A DNA stretch of 64,000 nt. Source: Phoronis australis. Its lineage: Eukaryota; Animalia; Phoronida. Both the position numbers and the translations under genes were made by a program. Every line of letters begins with the position of its first letter. The stretch's first letter is position 1. Of this stretch, positions 1-12,503 are shown in pieces. The notes below the pieces were generated by a model that made no database searches, was not told where the DNA came from, and saw only the letters and a program-made list of their open reading frames with translations. The stretch covers positions 152,252 through 216,251 of the forward strand of contig NMRA01000179.1 of the NCBI GenBank assembly GCA_002633005.1, read 5' to 3'.

Positions 1-821
1 AATGCGTACAGACGATAACTTTCATATTTTTTTAACTTTCTGGGCACTTAAGAACTGTGGATTAGGGATCTTTGAAATGCGAAAAACCAAGAGCCTAAAC
101 AGATTTGGAGGTCACTTTCATCTTACTGCTCTGTATTCAGGAACCTAAGCCTTTCATCGAATTTCACCATCGCCTTGCAAGAAGCAATGGATTTCGTCTA
201 GAGATTTGCATGGATTACTAACAAAACTACACGGACATTCCCAGTACGTACACTTTAGTTTCTCTGGTCCCCCACAGGTGGTGACATCATATACTTCCTC
301 GTATTGATCAATTTGTTTCTCAGAAATTTTTTGTTTCTCACGGTCACTACGCGGAAATACATGCTGAAAGATGCACTGCAAGAGCTGACTGATAAAAGCA
401 AACTCAAATGCTATAGCTATCTATAAGAACTTGTAAAATGTTTTGGGCATGGATAAAGACTTTGTCACAATCTGCGAAAGTAACAATTCTCTTAACTGTC
501 ATACGTGTCTACGATGACGATCTAGTAGCATACTAGATTTCACTGAGTTAGGAACAGAAAAACTAACAAGACTCCAATTCTCTGTTCCACACGATGAGAA
601 AAACATGCTTAACGACAAATGACCACTTTGAGTTGATCTGGCTACATCAAAAAAGATTAAACTAATGAAAATCGATATTTATCACCAAATTTCATTTACA
701 ACAAACCACCAGGTCATTTTTGTGAAAAATTGATACATACCAATCTAAAATATCTTGAGAAACTTTCTACCTATGTTGTCGCTATTGCACGTGCCAGTTA
801 ATCCTTCTGATATATATATAT

Positions 822-1693
822 ATATAGATTACTACATGGCGAAGTCGTTATCCCCCGTTATCTAGAGCCCGAGTGGATTTTGGAGAATTATCGCCCGAGG
901 GGCTTTAGCCCCGAGGGTGATAATTCTCCAAAATCCACGAAGGCTCTAGATAAGGGGGGTAACGGCTGAGAACATGTAATAATCTATTTATACCACATAC
1001 TAAACGAGAAACATTGCAATGAATCGATTTACCTTTTCTGACTCTCCACGGCTTTGTAACTACTTTCTATGTCAGAGGCCCGGGGTCGGAGGTCGTGACC
1101 TTTTAAGAAAAACCGGGCTATTTTTGTCAAATAATGCTTTTACTCAAAACCAATTGAAAACTTAAATATAATAGAAATAAATTGAATTTATAAATTAAGG
1201 TTTACCAACTATTATAGCTTAAAACACGTTTTTTTCACGCTAAGCTTCGACCGGGAAATTATCGTCTGCTAAAGTAGGTTACCACTGGTAACTGAATATA
1301 ATCCTCAAGTCAAAGATCCTGACGACACGATACCCGCATTCAAACTGGAGATCGTTGATTTACAAGTAAGAGGATCTGAGAGAAAAAATTCACTGAATTA
1401 AGATATCATTTTATGGAAATTATGTGTCTTATTTTTCGTAGCGTATAAGCACAGTACAATGCGGTTTGTTGAACATGGGATTATTGCGCGTGCTCATTTA
1501 AGTATTCTATTTTCACTCTTGATGACGTCAGTCGCTGCATGGTGTAGTGGTAAAGTCGGCGACCAGCAATTTCAAGGTCCCGGGTTCGACTCCGTCCTCG
1601 GTTTCCTGCCAAATCGTTATCTCACTAGTGAGATAACTTGATGGGTTATTACACGGTTGTATCTGCCATTTGACGCTAATACTGTGGTATAAA
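822..1693 (+). mobile_element. Hairpin-capped non-autonomous element, copy 1 (~870 bp; unclassified, possibly Crypton/tyrosine-recombinase-dependent)
   Basis: Imperfect palindrome at 824-987 (atagattactacatg...catgtaataatctat). The body is bounded by an 11-bp inverted repeat, tttataccaca (987-997) / tgtggtataaa (1683-1693). Homologous copies lie at 15768-16578 (+), 16584-17407 (-) and 26484-26640 (hairpin only). The left end abuts (TA)n at 811-826. Confidence 0.85.
1531..1603 (+). ncRNA. Degenerate tRNA-like Pol III cassette inside the hairpin element (not a functional tRNA)
   Basis: A-box TGGTGTAGTGG and B-box GGTTCGACTCC at tRNA spacing, with a T-arm-like CCGGG-TTCGACT-CCG. The anticodon region differs between copies. 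It is preceded by TGACGTCA (1523-1530) and followed by a perfect 22-bp palindrome (1616-1637). Confidence 0.6.
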
Positions 1694-2279
1694 ATGCTAA
1701 TACTCTTATGTGTCGCTTGCACATGCATATACATCGTTGTGATATAGGCTAGTGTTATTTTTACGACTGTTATCGCGTAGTAATTTCTGCACAGTCGACG
1801 TCATTCTCCATTTTGACAGTCATGTAACTAAACATTCCGATTGAAGTTCGGACATGCGCAGATATGAAACACCTCCGGACTACTACACCCGAATTTTTTT
1901 GCATGGTACCATATGGAGCATTGGGGCCAATTTCGTAACATTAAATTATCCCACGGAAGTGTTTCATGTCTGCACATGTGCCAACTACAAAACAACAACA
2001 AATGATTCTGGTCAACAGCTCAATTATGACATTCTGAAAATACCTGATGTTTTCCGGGTGTGACGATGCGTGCATGGAAGGCTTACGAAAAGCCACGACT
2101 GGTAAAAATAGGTCAAATGGTCAACATTTTGCCTTTTATGCTTTCAGGACAAACAAAAACAAGCAAATGCTACTCGTAGCATTCAAATCAGCTCAAATTT
2201 CATATGTCCAGCCAACCCAACAGTCGCCAATATTTGAAAAAATTTCGAGGCGGTGAACTTCAACAATGGGTAAAAACCT

Positions 2280-2462
2280 CAGTGGCAGATCTACGGGGTT
2301 TAGGATTCTTGCGAATCTGAGGCGCCTAGCGCCGAGCGGGGGGAGCTCGGAAGGGATGTAAGAGTGGTTTTTGTAGCTGATTTCGTTTTCCTGTCGACAC
2401 TTTTTATTTTTGATCCTGTCCGAGGCGTTTATACCCCCTGAACATCCGTAGACCCGACTTTG
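2280..2462. mobile_element. Small GC-rich MITE-like element (cagtggc.gatcta family), degenerate
   Basis: Degenerate terminal inverted repeats cagtggcagatctacgg / ccgtagacccgactttg. Similar left ends occur near 3508 and at 10952. Confidence 0.35.
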
Positions 2463-5400
2463 AAACTATGGAGTGCCAGTCTAATTTATTCTCATGACCA
2501 GTTTTTCACCTCATGCATGCTGGTCCACACAGACTCCACCCAGATAAACAATTCTGCAATTAATGGGTTATTTCACCTATGAGTGTAACCCGTCATAAAT
2601 ACTGTACCACTTTAAATTTACACATGACCATCAGCATATTTTTGCCTTCAAACAAATACTTGGCAGACTGTGTAATGTTCAGCACTGCACCCGACACTCT
2701 GCCTCCAGTGAACACGAAGACTTCAGTAATTTAGCAGTATAACTACAACTGTTAGATGTACGTAACAACCGAATTGTACAGCGCATTTTTGAATGTATAT
2801 ATTCTGTTAAATTTTTTAATTTTGTCATATCTGTATTCAATTCTCTGTTTTATTTATTGCATCTTGTCTATTTTTAATGTTAATGTAGGATTGGACATGA
2901 TGTGTTTATCTGAGTCCCGGCGGGAGAGTAGACATACCCACTAACTGGGCAACCAAGTCTAGATGACTAAATCAAAGGAAATCAAGAGGTTCTTGTCGCC
3001 ACCTAGATCAGACACTTGCCCTTCCAGTAAGTCTCTCCTGTGGGATGCGCACGCGCATTTTCAAAGACCGTAAAAGGGTCATATGATACGGAGTGCCAAC
3101 TTGCCGTACAGTTTTCTCATGATTCCTGTCAAAATTATCAATGGAAAGTATGCTACGCAGATCAATTTCATGCCGAATCCGACTAATGTATTGACGATTA
3201 CACTCTGGGGAACGATTTTGTTCAAGCCTCTGCAAATGCGCTTTACATTGCATTATCCACATTCAATACTTATACACACACACGTACACGGATCAAGGAT
3301 ATCGCGAGGGGACTTTTATAATGCATCCTCTCATGGGCAGAGGGGTACCTCTAAATCCTGATATGATCTAATGTTACACTGCAATCGCCAGACCGTCGTC
3401 GTATACACGAGAGGCCGATGTGCTCTGTGAGTGTAGACTCAAAGTGTTCGAATTTGACGCGTCCATATGCACAATTAATGTCCCAGTTTGTTTTGTTTGT
3501 GTTGATCAGTGGAGGATCTAGGATGTCATAAATGGTGGGTGAAGTAATTGTAGTTCAAAGAAAAATGTCGTACTAAGCTCTTTAAACGGCATGCTTACGA
3601 CATGTGGTTTGACCGTGCCGGTATGAGAGGAAATGTGGGTCCCGGAAATCCGCCTATGACAATGGGCAAAGTTCGGATTACCAAGGTAATTACTGACACA
3701 TTTCCATAGGCATGCTGAAAAGTTCAATATTTTACGGAAATGGTTTTATCAATTTCATTAATTTTAAACATTTGACTTCAACGAAGCATTTTAAAATGTA
3801 ACCAGCCAATATGTTGAGAGGAAATTCAAACTGAATCATTTAGCGTGTGCTGTGCCTTTCCTTCATAGAAAATCCATTACGTTCGCTGTACATAACACAA
3901 AAGTAATGTAAGAGTTGCAACTAATTTGAAATTGTTTTCAAAGCTAACACTACAATACGTTTGGAGATAAGACTGGCAAACAAAACATTTTTACACAATA
4001 GAACGCATAAACAACCCGCACACAATTAGCTCGCGAGTTTTAGTTAAAGTTTAAAGGAAGTTGAACTTCCACGTGTAACTCATTTTGCAAACAAAAAGTA
4101 TAATTTGCAAACGCGTCTCTCATTAGCATACATAAATGTCGGATTGTGCAAGTACATGGCAGTGCTACTTATCTACAATACATTTGATTACTTAGTGGGG
4201 TAGTAACACCTTCAACTATTTAAACAATCTACGCTAATAGCATGCACATAAGATTGTAATTAACCCATTTTTTAATTTCGTAGGCCTACATATTTTTTCA
4301 TATATTCAATTACAGATTCGCTAGTAATTGCTCTCAGTCATACGAAATATGTGTAAGGACAAGTTGGTGTTTATCTGATAAGCGCATTAGTTTGGAGTCA
4401 TTTAAACACTGCCAGAAAGAGATCTTTTATAACGTTCGTTTTGAATATGGCTGCTGCCAGTGATCAGTAACATACAAACTAACGGTAGTGCTACACTCAT
4501 GCATAGTAACACTAGCAGAATACAGCTTAAAAACCTGTTCAAGATAACAAAGCGGTACGTGTTCTTCCATAGGGTCCTAATGAGAAAGACGGTATTGGAA
4601 AACTGAGTAATAAATTAGCATAAGAAAGAATAAAATATGATATCAAAAGGTTAATAGCTAGCATTAACTGTGTGAAAATGTATCATTAAACGTTACACAG
4701 ATACCTGAAGTAAAAGATTCATGTACCTATAGATTCACTGTGACGGACATCTGTGTCAACTGAGACGGTTCATATCAATAGAGCAGAAAATCTTGCATCA
4801 TGTTGGGAGTTTCTGTGAACAGGGCCTTTAAATATACGCTGATGGACCTGTGTGTGAATTTTTATCGGAATGTAGACAAATCTGTTGTGCGAACTGCACT
4901 GTAAATTTTCACGGTTTTTTCAGGGTTTCGAAATATCAAATATATCGGGTCCATTCTAGCACTTTTTAGCTTATCATCGGAACAATCGATTTAAACTACC
5001 TGTTTACAATCAGCAGTACAATCGTTTTCTACTAAGCCAACTATTTTATACGCACATTTGAAATGTTGAAGTCGTTCTTCGCCAGATAAGCAACAACCGG
5101 GAATTCCGACAAACACGCTGTTCAAATATAGGCCTACGGCGTCCAGAGATGGAGCTTGCATGTATACTTGGGATAGTAGACGAAAGGCAAAAACAGATAG
5201 GGGCTTACCATCAGAAATTCTCAGTACATGTTTATGCAAACATCCGCCACGACAATCTCTGTTTTATAGTCCTCTTCTTTCGTTGACTAAGAAAAAGGAT
5301 AATTAGCCTTATCTCGACTGTACGGTCCAAGAGATTCCCGATATAGACACATTTCAAAAATCCAGGTTTGAATTAAACATTTTTTTGCAAAACTTCATGT

Positions 5401-6227
5401 TCCCATGTCCAGAACACACTTAATACAAAAACAAACAAAAAATGTGCGGTATGGACAACGAATTATTGTTAAATGAATTTTGTCAAATCGGTGATTCGTT
5501 GTGGAAAATAGGTGGAAATCGGGGAAAAAATTGTGAATCTGAAATGAAATGCCTAGCTGGGCACCACTAGCGGGATTCACGACGGAGGGGAATAAATTGG
5601 GTGAGGGCACTCATGCCTTGTTTCTGTAATTTGTGGAGCTACTGAGGTTACCAAAAAGCTGTCAAATGATTGCTGCAAGGTTACGGCTACCTGTGCGGTC
5701 TACAACGCTGAATTGCAAAGAACCCCCAAGAAGCCAAGCACCCAACCCGACGGTGTCGATAGTGAGATGGTTAGGGGTCTCAGTATCCCGGAATGTTGAT
5801 GCGTGACTTTCGTCATTTTGAACAATCCGGCAAAGCGCACCATGGCTTGCAAACCGCAATATAAGTTCTAGCATGCCTGCTAGGATTGCCAGTAAACAAC
5901 ACATCGATTCAGCGTTGGAGGATATTGCCAGATTCGCAGCATAAACAAGGTGGTGAAGACTCAGTCGTTAAACGGAAAAAATCCTCTCACAATTAGTATT
6001 TTTCTCATTGTAACGAGTTCAGTATGACCCCATTATTCAACTTGAGGCCGGGAGTTGTTTTGGCATTTAGTTCTGCAGATGCGGAAGGCATGTGTGTTAT
6101 GCATCTAACAATCGAAAATAACAAGAACATTCACGATAACTATTTTATTGCTAAATGCCACGTTCATCATGTATACAAATACGCGACTTCAAGTGAGAAA
6201 TATTTTATTGATAGCGAAATGAATGTG

Positions 6228-6386
6228 CATGGGCGGTGCAGCACTGAATAAAGTACGTGGGGGGGCTAAAGCCCCCTCAGCCCCCTTGTGGTGCACCGCC
6301 TACAGACCCGGCCGTGTGCGGCGCAGCACTGAAAAAAGTGGTGGGCTATAGCCCCCCCCCAGCCTCCCGTTGGTGCGCCGCCCATG
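6228..6386. mobile_element. Small GC-rich MITE made of two related ~70-bp units
   Basis: TIR catgggcggtgca (6228-6240) / tgcgccgcccatg (6374-6386). The internal unit gcagcactgaa..aagt..gggcta.agccccc occurs twice. A reverse-orientation relative is at ~37876-37931. Confidence 0.6.
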
Positions 6387-6550
6387 ATGATCTGTCCGGA
6401 GCGATTTTGTTCACGGTGGAAAACGCATGATAATTAAAGAGATACAAGTTAACACCGCTTTTCAGATTACGCTTTCATGAGCATCCGTACTTGTGTCTTC
6501 AGTTCGACCGGGGAAACCCAACGCTACGTTTTCCCGGACGGACTGGCCGT

Positions 6551-6708
6551 TTACCTTCTCGACGTCATCGGAAGGGTGCGAGTGAAATGCTGCTAGGCTA
6601 GGTATTTACATGCTGCAATCTGGACACATTTCCACAGTGAGCATGTAAATGCTTAGCCTGTCGCCGCAGCATTTCACTCGCACCCTTCCGATGACGTCGA
6701 GAAGGTAA
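6551..6708. mobile_element. Foldback MITE, 158 bp
   Basis: Perfect 43-bp inverted repeats at 6551-6593 and 6666-6708, plus further inner pairing (aggctaggtatttacatgct / agcatgtaaatgcttagcct). Confidence 0.75.
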
Positions 6709-9364
6709 CGTACGACGTTTGTCCCTACTCATTGGACTTTCAATTTACGGAAGTGATGACTGCGGTCAGAAACTTGTACAGTGTCACCTGTGTTGCTATT
6801 CCTTTTAGCAAATCGAACTATTTTTGAGCGGGCTCTCGAAATGTCGTCGATTTCCCGGCTCGACTTGTTTTTTAGCATAGGTAAGATGACACGTGTACTA
6901 CACGGTGTCGCCACCTTACGAAGTTGTATTGCCATTAGCGCCATCTTTCAGTCAATAAATACATACTTGATGAAACATTCCTCTTATAAGAAGAATGTTT
7001 CATTTTGTAGAAAGCTTGACTACAGCAAGAGTCTAATAACTGCTTCTACTTAAAAGTGATCTCTTAAAACATTTGAATGGTCGTTTTAAAATAAAATTCA
7101 GATCATATTGACATAATTGTCGTCACGGTCAGTTTCGACTTGTACTAGCTGCAAGCGAAAATGGTTTCAAACTGACAGTTCGTTCATGGTCCGTGTTTAC
7201 AATGGGACTGTCAGTTTTTTCTATGTATAGAAATTTGCATAAAATAACGAGTTGAGTGTACGTCATTTTTTAACGGAAAAGCGGGTTTATAACAGGTTCG
7301 TCTTGAACAGCGCCGCCCACTGAGCATTGCGAGCAGTGTAATAACCCGGTAGATAAGATGTACTTTTTTCTACTGAGTTGTGCCTGCACAAATATAGATT
7401 TTTTGTAGTCCACTTTCTAGAGCTACCTAAAATTTTGATTATTCACTGCCAGTGTAAAATAACAAAACTTTAATTTTTATTTAGTGGTTATGTCTTTTGC
7501 TCTGGCGACTTTGGTGCAGCAGTATTACACCAGGAGGTTCTGTACTGCCGAACCTCGCACTCATCTTTATTGCCTTCTAAAACAATGGACTATCACAGTA
7601 GTCAGAACCCGTGCTAACATTTGAGGGGTTTAACAACTTGTGGGGTGGGGTGGGGGCATCCCCAATTGTAGTTGAATATGTATCTGCACCCAGCGCGTGA
7701 TACTTCAGTTTTAATCCGGTCTTATGAAACACATTGGCACTTTCTAGTATTTTTTAGGATAAAATAATACCGTGTATTTAAAATTTTACGCCAGTGCTTC
7801 AACCGAAATAAATGAAAACAGCACGCGTGGACGGAGGAACCTTCAGTCTGTAGTCAACTCCGAACACGATTGGTCTTAAATGTCACAAAAACATTCAAGT
7901 CATGGATAGATGAAAAAACAAGTCGTGAGTTCGCGAGATGTCGATAAGTTGTGCATTTTCCTAATTGCATTCTATTGATGATAATGTTTTCAGGACACAA
8001 CGCAAACACACGAGCGAGTATTAGCGAACACCGGTATGGTTTCCCCGAAATTTCTTGTAATATTTCAGCTAAAACGATTGAGAAAGGAAAGTAGGCTTCG
8101 TTTGCAAATAGTGAGTTTACACCCAACCTACAAAATTTAAACGAAAATAGTTATCGTAATTACTGTTGTCACACCTTCCTTCGGTAGAATAACTTTGACA
8201 AGATTTAACGTAGCGTCTTATGCCTTCCATGCACAACGTAAGTATTGGGAAAGTTAATTTATTTCTGTAATAAATGCCATGGGCCCACTGTACAAAAGAA
8301 CAACATGTAACATACTGAAGAGGTAAGCAAGCTTTCACGGATTGAAAAGCATAAAATAATATTTCCATAGCATCATCAGTTGTTGACATTAATTTATTGA
8401 ACTTTAAAAAAGTAAAATGTACAGTTACATTTACTTACCTGTTCATCATCTAAGATGCGACCTTTTCTTTATCAAGTACAAGGTTTAAGTTGTTTTACAA
8501 ATTTCAAGCCTTGTCTTTTTATAGATATAAGATAAATATGGTTTAATAACCCTTAACCTAAAAATGAGATCATCTTCGCCGCTTATTTACAACGTCATGC
8601 CTCACTCACCAGCCACATTTATTATCGCATTGTTGTCGCTGTCACGTGTCTCTCTAGGGCATGTTGGTAATGCACTTCACAACACGCTCTATCACCAAGA
8701 ACACACAAACAGACTGAATCATACACACTGATACAGGTAAGTTGTTTTTCTTTAATACCAGTCGATTGTTCACGGTTTGCTTCGGGGAGAAGTTGCCATT
8801 ATTTCCAGAACATGGATCTTCTGTTACTGTAGTTGCAAAACAGCGAAATTATATGTTTTTCATGTACGCCAATATGATCATGTTATTATTTGTGCGCAAT
8901 GGACCTGCGTGAGGAATCTGCTCATAACACATTGCAACAGTTTACTTGTCTACCATTTCAATTTCCTGTGTTGTTTCAGTTGTAAAGCTTTGTAATTTGT
9001 GAATCACAATATGAATACATGGGTTGTGTTGATAATTGCAATTGTAGTAGAATATAACAACATAGGTTATACAACAGTAGTGACGTTGCTAAACACGATT
9101 TCAATATACACAAAAAATTCGGCCGACTCTTTTGGTGAAATACGGTCACAACGCCCAGCGTCCGATCAAACACCATCACTCACAAGGTGTCGCAAGTGAG
9201 ACAAGGGCCCTTCCACCTCCCTAGAAATGCTTGCATTCAGAGCTGAGTTCTATAGACCGTGAGACACTGGCTTGCACTTGCGGAGGAAAATCTTTGCTGT
9301 GATTGAACGAAAACAATGAATTCAATCCCACTATTCATCATTCCAAGCTCGCCAGTCAATCACT

Positions 9365-9942
9365 CTCTCTGTTTCCCTGCGTGTCCAATAGGGGGAAGGG
9401 GACACGCAGGTATCGTTCAGCAGCACGTGTTTTATCCCTGTTTGATGTAACCTTGGCAGTCATTGGTTAGCTTGACAACAAGACCAGAAAATGGCGGACT
9501 GTGAACGATTTTTACACTTGTCTAACTACAACAAGTTTTCTCTCTGCATTGTCAATAATGTCATAAAGACGGAGTACAGCTATCTGCAACCTGGACAGTG
9601 TATGAGCTTCACATCGGTAACCGAAAAATACACTCTTGCTCTATTGCCAACAGGCTATTAAAATGTACACCAAAAAGGCACAACCACAACTTTCCGATTC
9701 ACATTTCTTGAACATATCCCAATTAATCACCGATATGTCTGTACAACAGACCACAAACTATATCATTGCACATTTACACTTTCTCCATCAGCCATGCCGG
9801 TTTGTTTACTTATAAAGCTGCTACAAGTTGAAAATTCGAATAGCCAATCAGAAACTCAGGTGTAAATTTTTTGCCCAAGAAAAATCAACTGATACCTATG
9901 TGTCCCTTTTTCCCTAGCGGACACGCAGGGAACCAGCAAGGC
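9365..9942 (+). mobile_element. Internally deleted Academ(H)-like DNA transposon with a RecQ-type helicase N-terminal fragment
   Basis: ~50-bp imperfect TIRs (9368-9417 and 9887-9937, core ttccctgcgtgtcc..ggacac..aggtatc). A 56-aa ORF at 9491-9661 ends in YSYLQPGQ...TLALLPTGY*, which resembles the RecQ Q-motif plus the start of motif I (LPTGxGKS). An 8-bp direct repeat caatcact lies at 9357-9364 and 9943-9950. Confidence 0.55.
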
Positions 9943-10788
9943 CAATCACTTTGGTGACCGCCATTTTACTTCTAGGCATACTTGGGAAAAATCGCTTTTT
10001 ACTCAAGAATTTTCGAGGTATTGCGATATCTTGCTTTTCCGCAAAAATTAGGTGTGCCAAACGCTGTCCACGTAAGGACGTGGGTCCCTTATCACAGGAA
10101 CGTCCCACTCTGATGACCTACTTTTTACTCTCGCTAGTCATGTAGGGGAGCGTTCCGTAAACGGGAGACCATCACGAAAACGTAACAATACGCAAGACTT
10201 CCCGAGACATCATCATTCATGCAAGCAAAGCACGTGACCACATTACCTTATCTGAGTGACCCCGTGCTATTTTATTACAGACTTCTTTCACTATTCGCCA
10301 TTCTTACGTCAACAAATTTCAACTGCTCCACTGTGAGTTGTAATGCTGGCAGTAAAAAGTGAGTGGGCAGTTATATATCGTCCTGATAGCTTCAGTTGAA
10401 CCCAAAAGAGTGTTGGCTGCCTTTCCTTAGTTTCGAAAACTCGACCGATTTTAGAATGCACTATTCTACTGCGGAAAACGAGAGTTGAATTTGAGATGTA
10501 GACAATATACCACATAACACAACTTTAAGGTGCACTGATAAATTTATCAAGTTGATCTCTAAAAACCTGCTCGAAAAGACGTTTCAGTCATCTCGCAGTT
10601 CGCCCGCATTCAAAATTTGAAAACCCGGTTTTATTGAAAACGCACCCCTCCTTACATATCAAGACCTTTAACATTCTGACTAAGATACTTTCAATCGAGA
10701 TATATTTTAATAGTTTTCGACTGAAAACATTTTAGGCAGATTTTTGTAATCAAAAATACAAAAGAAGACTCTTAACTATACACGTATT

Positions 10789-11102
10789 CAGGCCCGTAGG
10801 AAGGCAAAAATTATTGAGGGGCACAAACCGTATCGACTTCGCCAAACAGCCCCTCTCCCCATCACCTCCGCCACCTCCCCCTCCCCTCCCCGTGCTCCCA
10901 ATGTCACCATATTTGTACCGAATCTCCTACGTCCGCCTTGGGTGGGGGGCACAGTGGCGGACTTAGGGGTGGCCAAGGGGCCATGGCCCCTTGAAATTCT
11001 CCCAGATTCCAGTTGACAGTTCGGGGTGCGAATTTCTGACGGGTAAAACCCTGGCTAATACTCTGCCCTGCCCCCCAACTCAAAATCCTGAATGCGTCCC
11101 TG
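10789..11102. mobile_element. Two adjacent GC-rich MITE-like fragments
   Basis: caggcccgtagga...tcctacgtccgccttg (10789-10940) and cagtggcggacttaggg...atcctgaatgcgtccctg (10952-11102), with degenerate CAG...CTG termini and poly-C/G tracts. Confidence 0.4.
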
Positions 11103-12503
11103 GGACAATCCCGGGGATGAAGTCATCAAGAGTTGACTAAACGTGAACCAACACGGAGAGTAAAAATGGGCCTAGTACCAGTACACTGACCGATAGCGAG
11201 GAGCTGCCTCAAGTAGCTATAGCTGAGATCTAACAGTGTAAGAAATACGAAATTCCCTATGAACTAAAGCTAGTTGCTGGTCAGCTCAACTATGATTCAC
11301 TTGAGACAGGCAGCTCGTACCGGCCGTCTCCGCTCACTCCAAGATAAAGATTCGTTTTATTTTGATCCAGTTCGGAAAAACTTTATTTTATTATGGTCAT
11401 TCTTTGAAGGAGTTTTTTTGAAAAGGTGAGGTGGTCCCGAAGTCCCTGATAAGGTGCTTTTGGGGCTGTTTCAAAATTTATAGTTGCAACGCGACCGGTA
11501 GTCTAGTTTCTGGTGGCTGGGGAAAAGGATAGTGTGTCCCAAAAACGTACACACTTCCTGAACGCCTGGAGTTTAAATTCTGTTCCCGTGGATCACTGAG
11601 ATTCTGCGCGGGCCTACTGCATGATTACATCTTATTTTTAAGGTGGGTACATGTACGTCAGTCATGACGTAAACGCGAATCAGGACAAGCAAGCAATTTA
11701 GTTTGAAGAACGAAAAATCCATTGCTCAATACCACTGGAAACTAAAAACACCACGGAAGTGCAAAGACAACCTTTTATTTATTCTAGGATTTTTAAAACG
11801 ATTTTTATCTACAGTTTGTGAGTCAGAATTCATCAATGTCTCTGAGAGTTATTTGAGATATGCAAAAATCGTCTGTAAGTGTACTTTGCTATTGGGGGAT
11901 CGGATTATAGAGTTTTTCCAACTTCAGGCCGCAATTAAATTCACTGAAACATCAATTCTTACAAGATTAGCTTCTAATTGTCAAAAATCATCTATGAATA
12001 AATCGATTTTCGTAGATACATAAACAAGTAAATCCAAAACCAACAGATTTGTTTATCAAAACGGAATGTTATGAGCAATTTCCGCATCCATACTTGCAGA
12101 TTTTTGACGGGTAAGCGGGGGAATATGGGAGGTGTATTTCTGCTCATTTCTGAGGTACCTATAACGGTTCACGAGGTAAACTTGATCTCCACTGACAAAA
12201 AAACGCTGAAATCTTTGTTCATGATTGCGAGAGTTCATTGAGTACCCTCTTTCGACATGTACACGGTTATCACAAATACACGTAGTAGCCTAGACATCAG
12301 TGTTTTCCACATAATATGGGTATTCCTTACAAACAACTCGCAGTAACCATCTTGAAAAAAAGATACTATTCTTGTGATACTACAGGAAACTGTAACATTA
12401 TTTTATAACTAACCATCGGAAATAGTCCTTTCGAGTAATTACTCTGCGCGTGTAAGCGCAGAGTACTGTTGTTCCTGAGTTTTCTTCAATTTTATTCTTC
12501 ATA

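Noticed and set aside
1-600. Coding-looking minus-strand sequence (75-aa Cys-rich ORF)
   Set aside because: No recognisable domain, stops in adjoining frames and no convincing splice sites.
1531-1603. Functional tRNA gene
   Set aside because: The D- and anticodon stems do not pair consistently, the anticodon varies between copies, and it is embedded in a repeat.
2530-3300. Possible L2/CR1 LINE 3' remnants
   Set aside because: Only vague UTR-like composition, with no convincing ORF2 motif or TSD.
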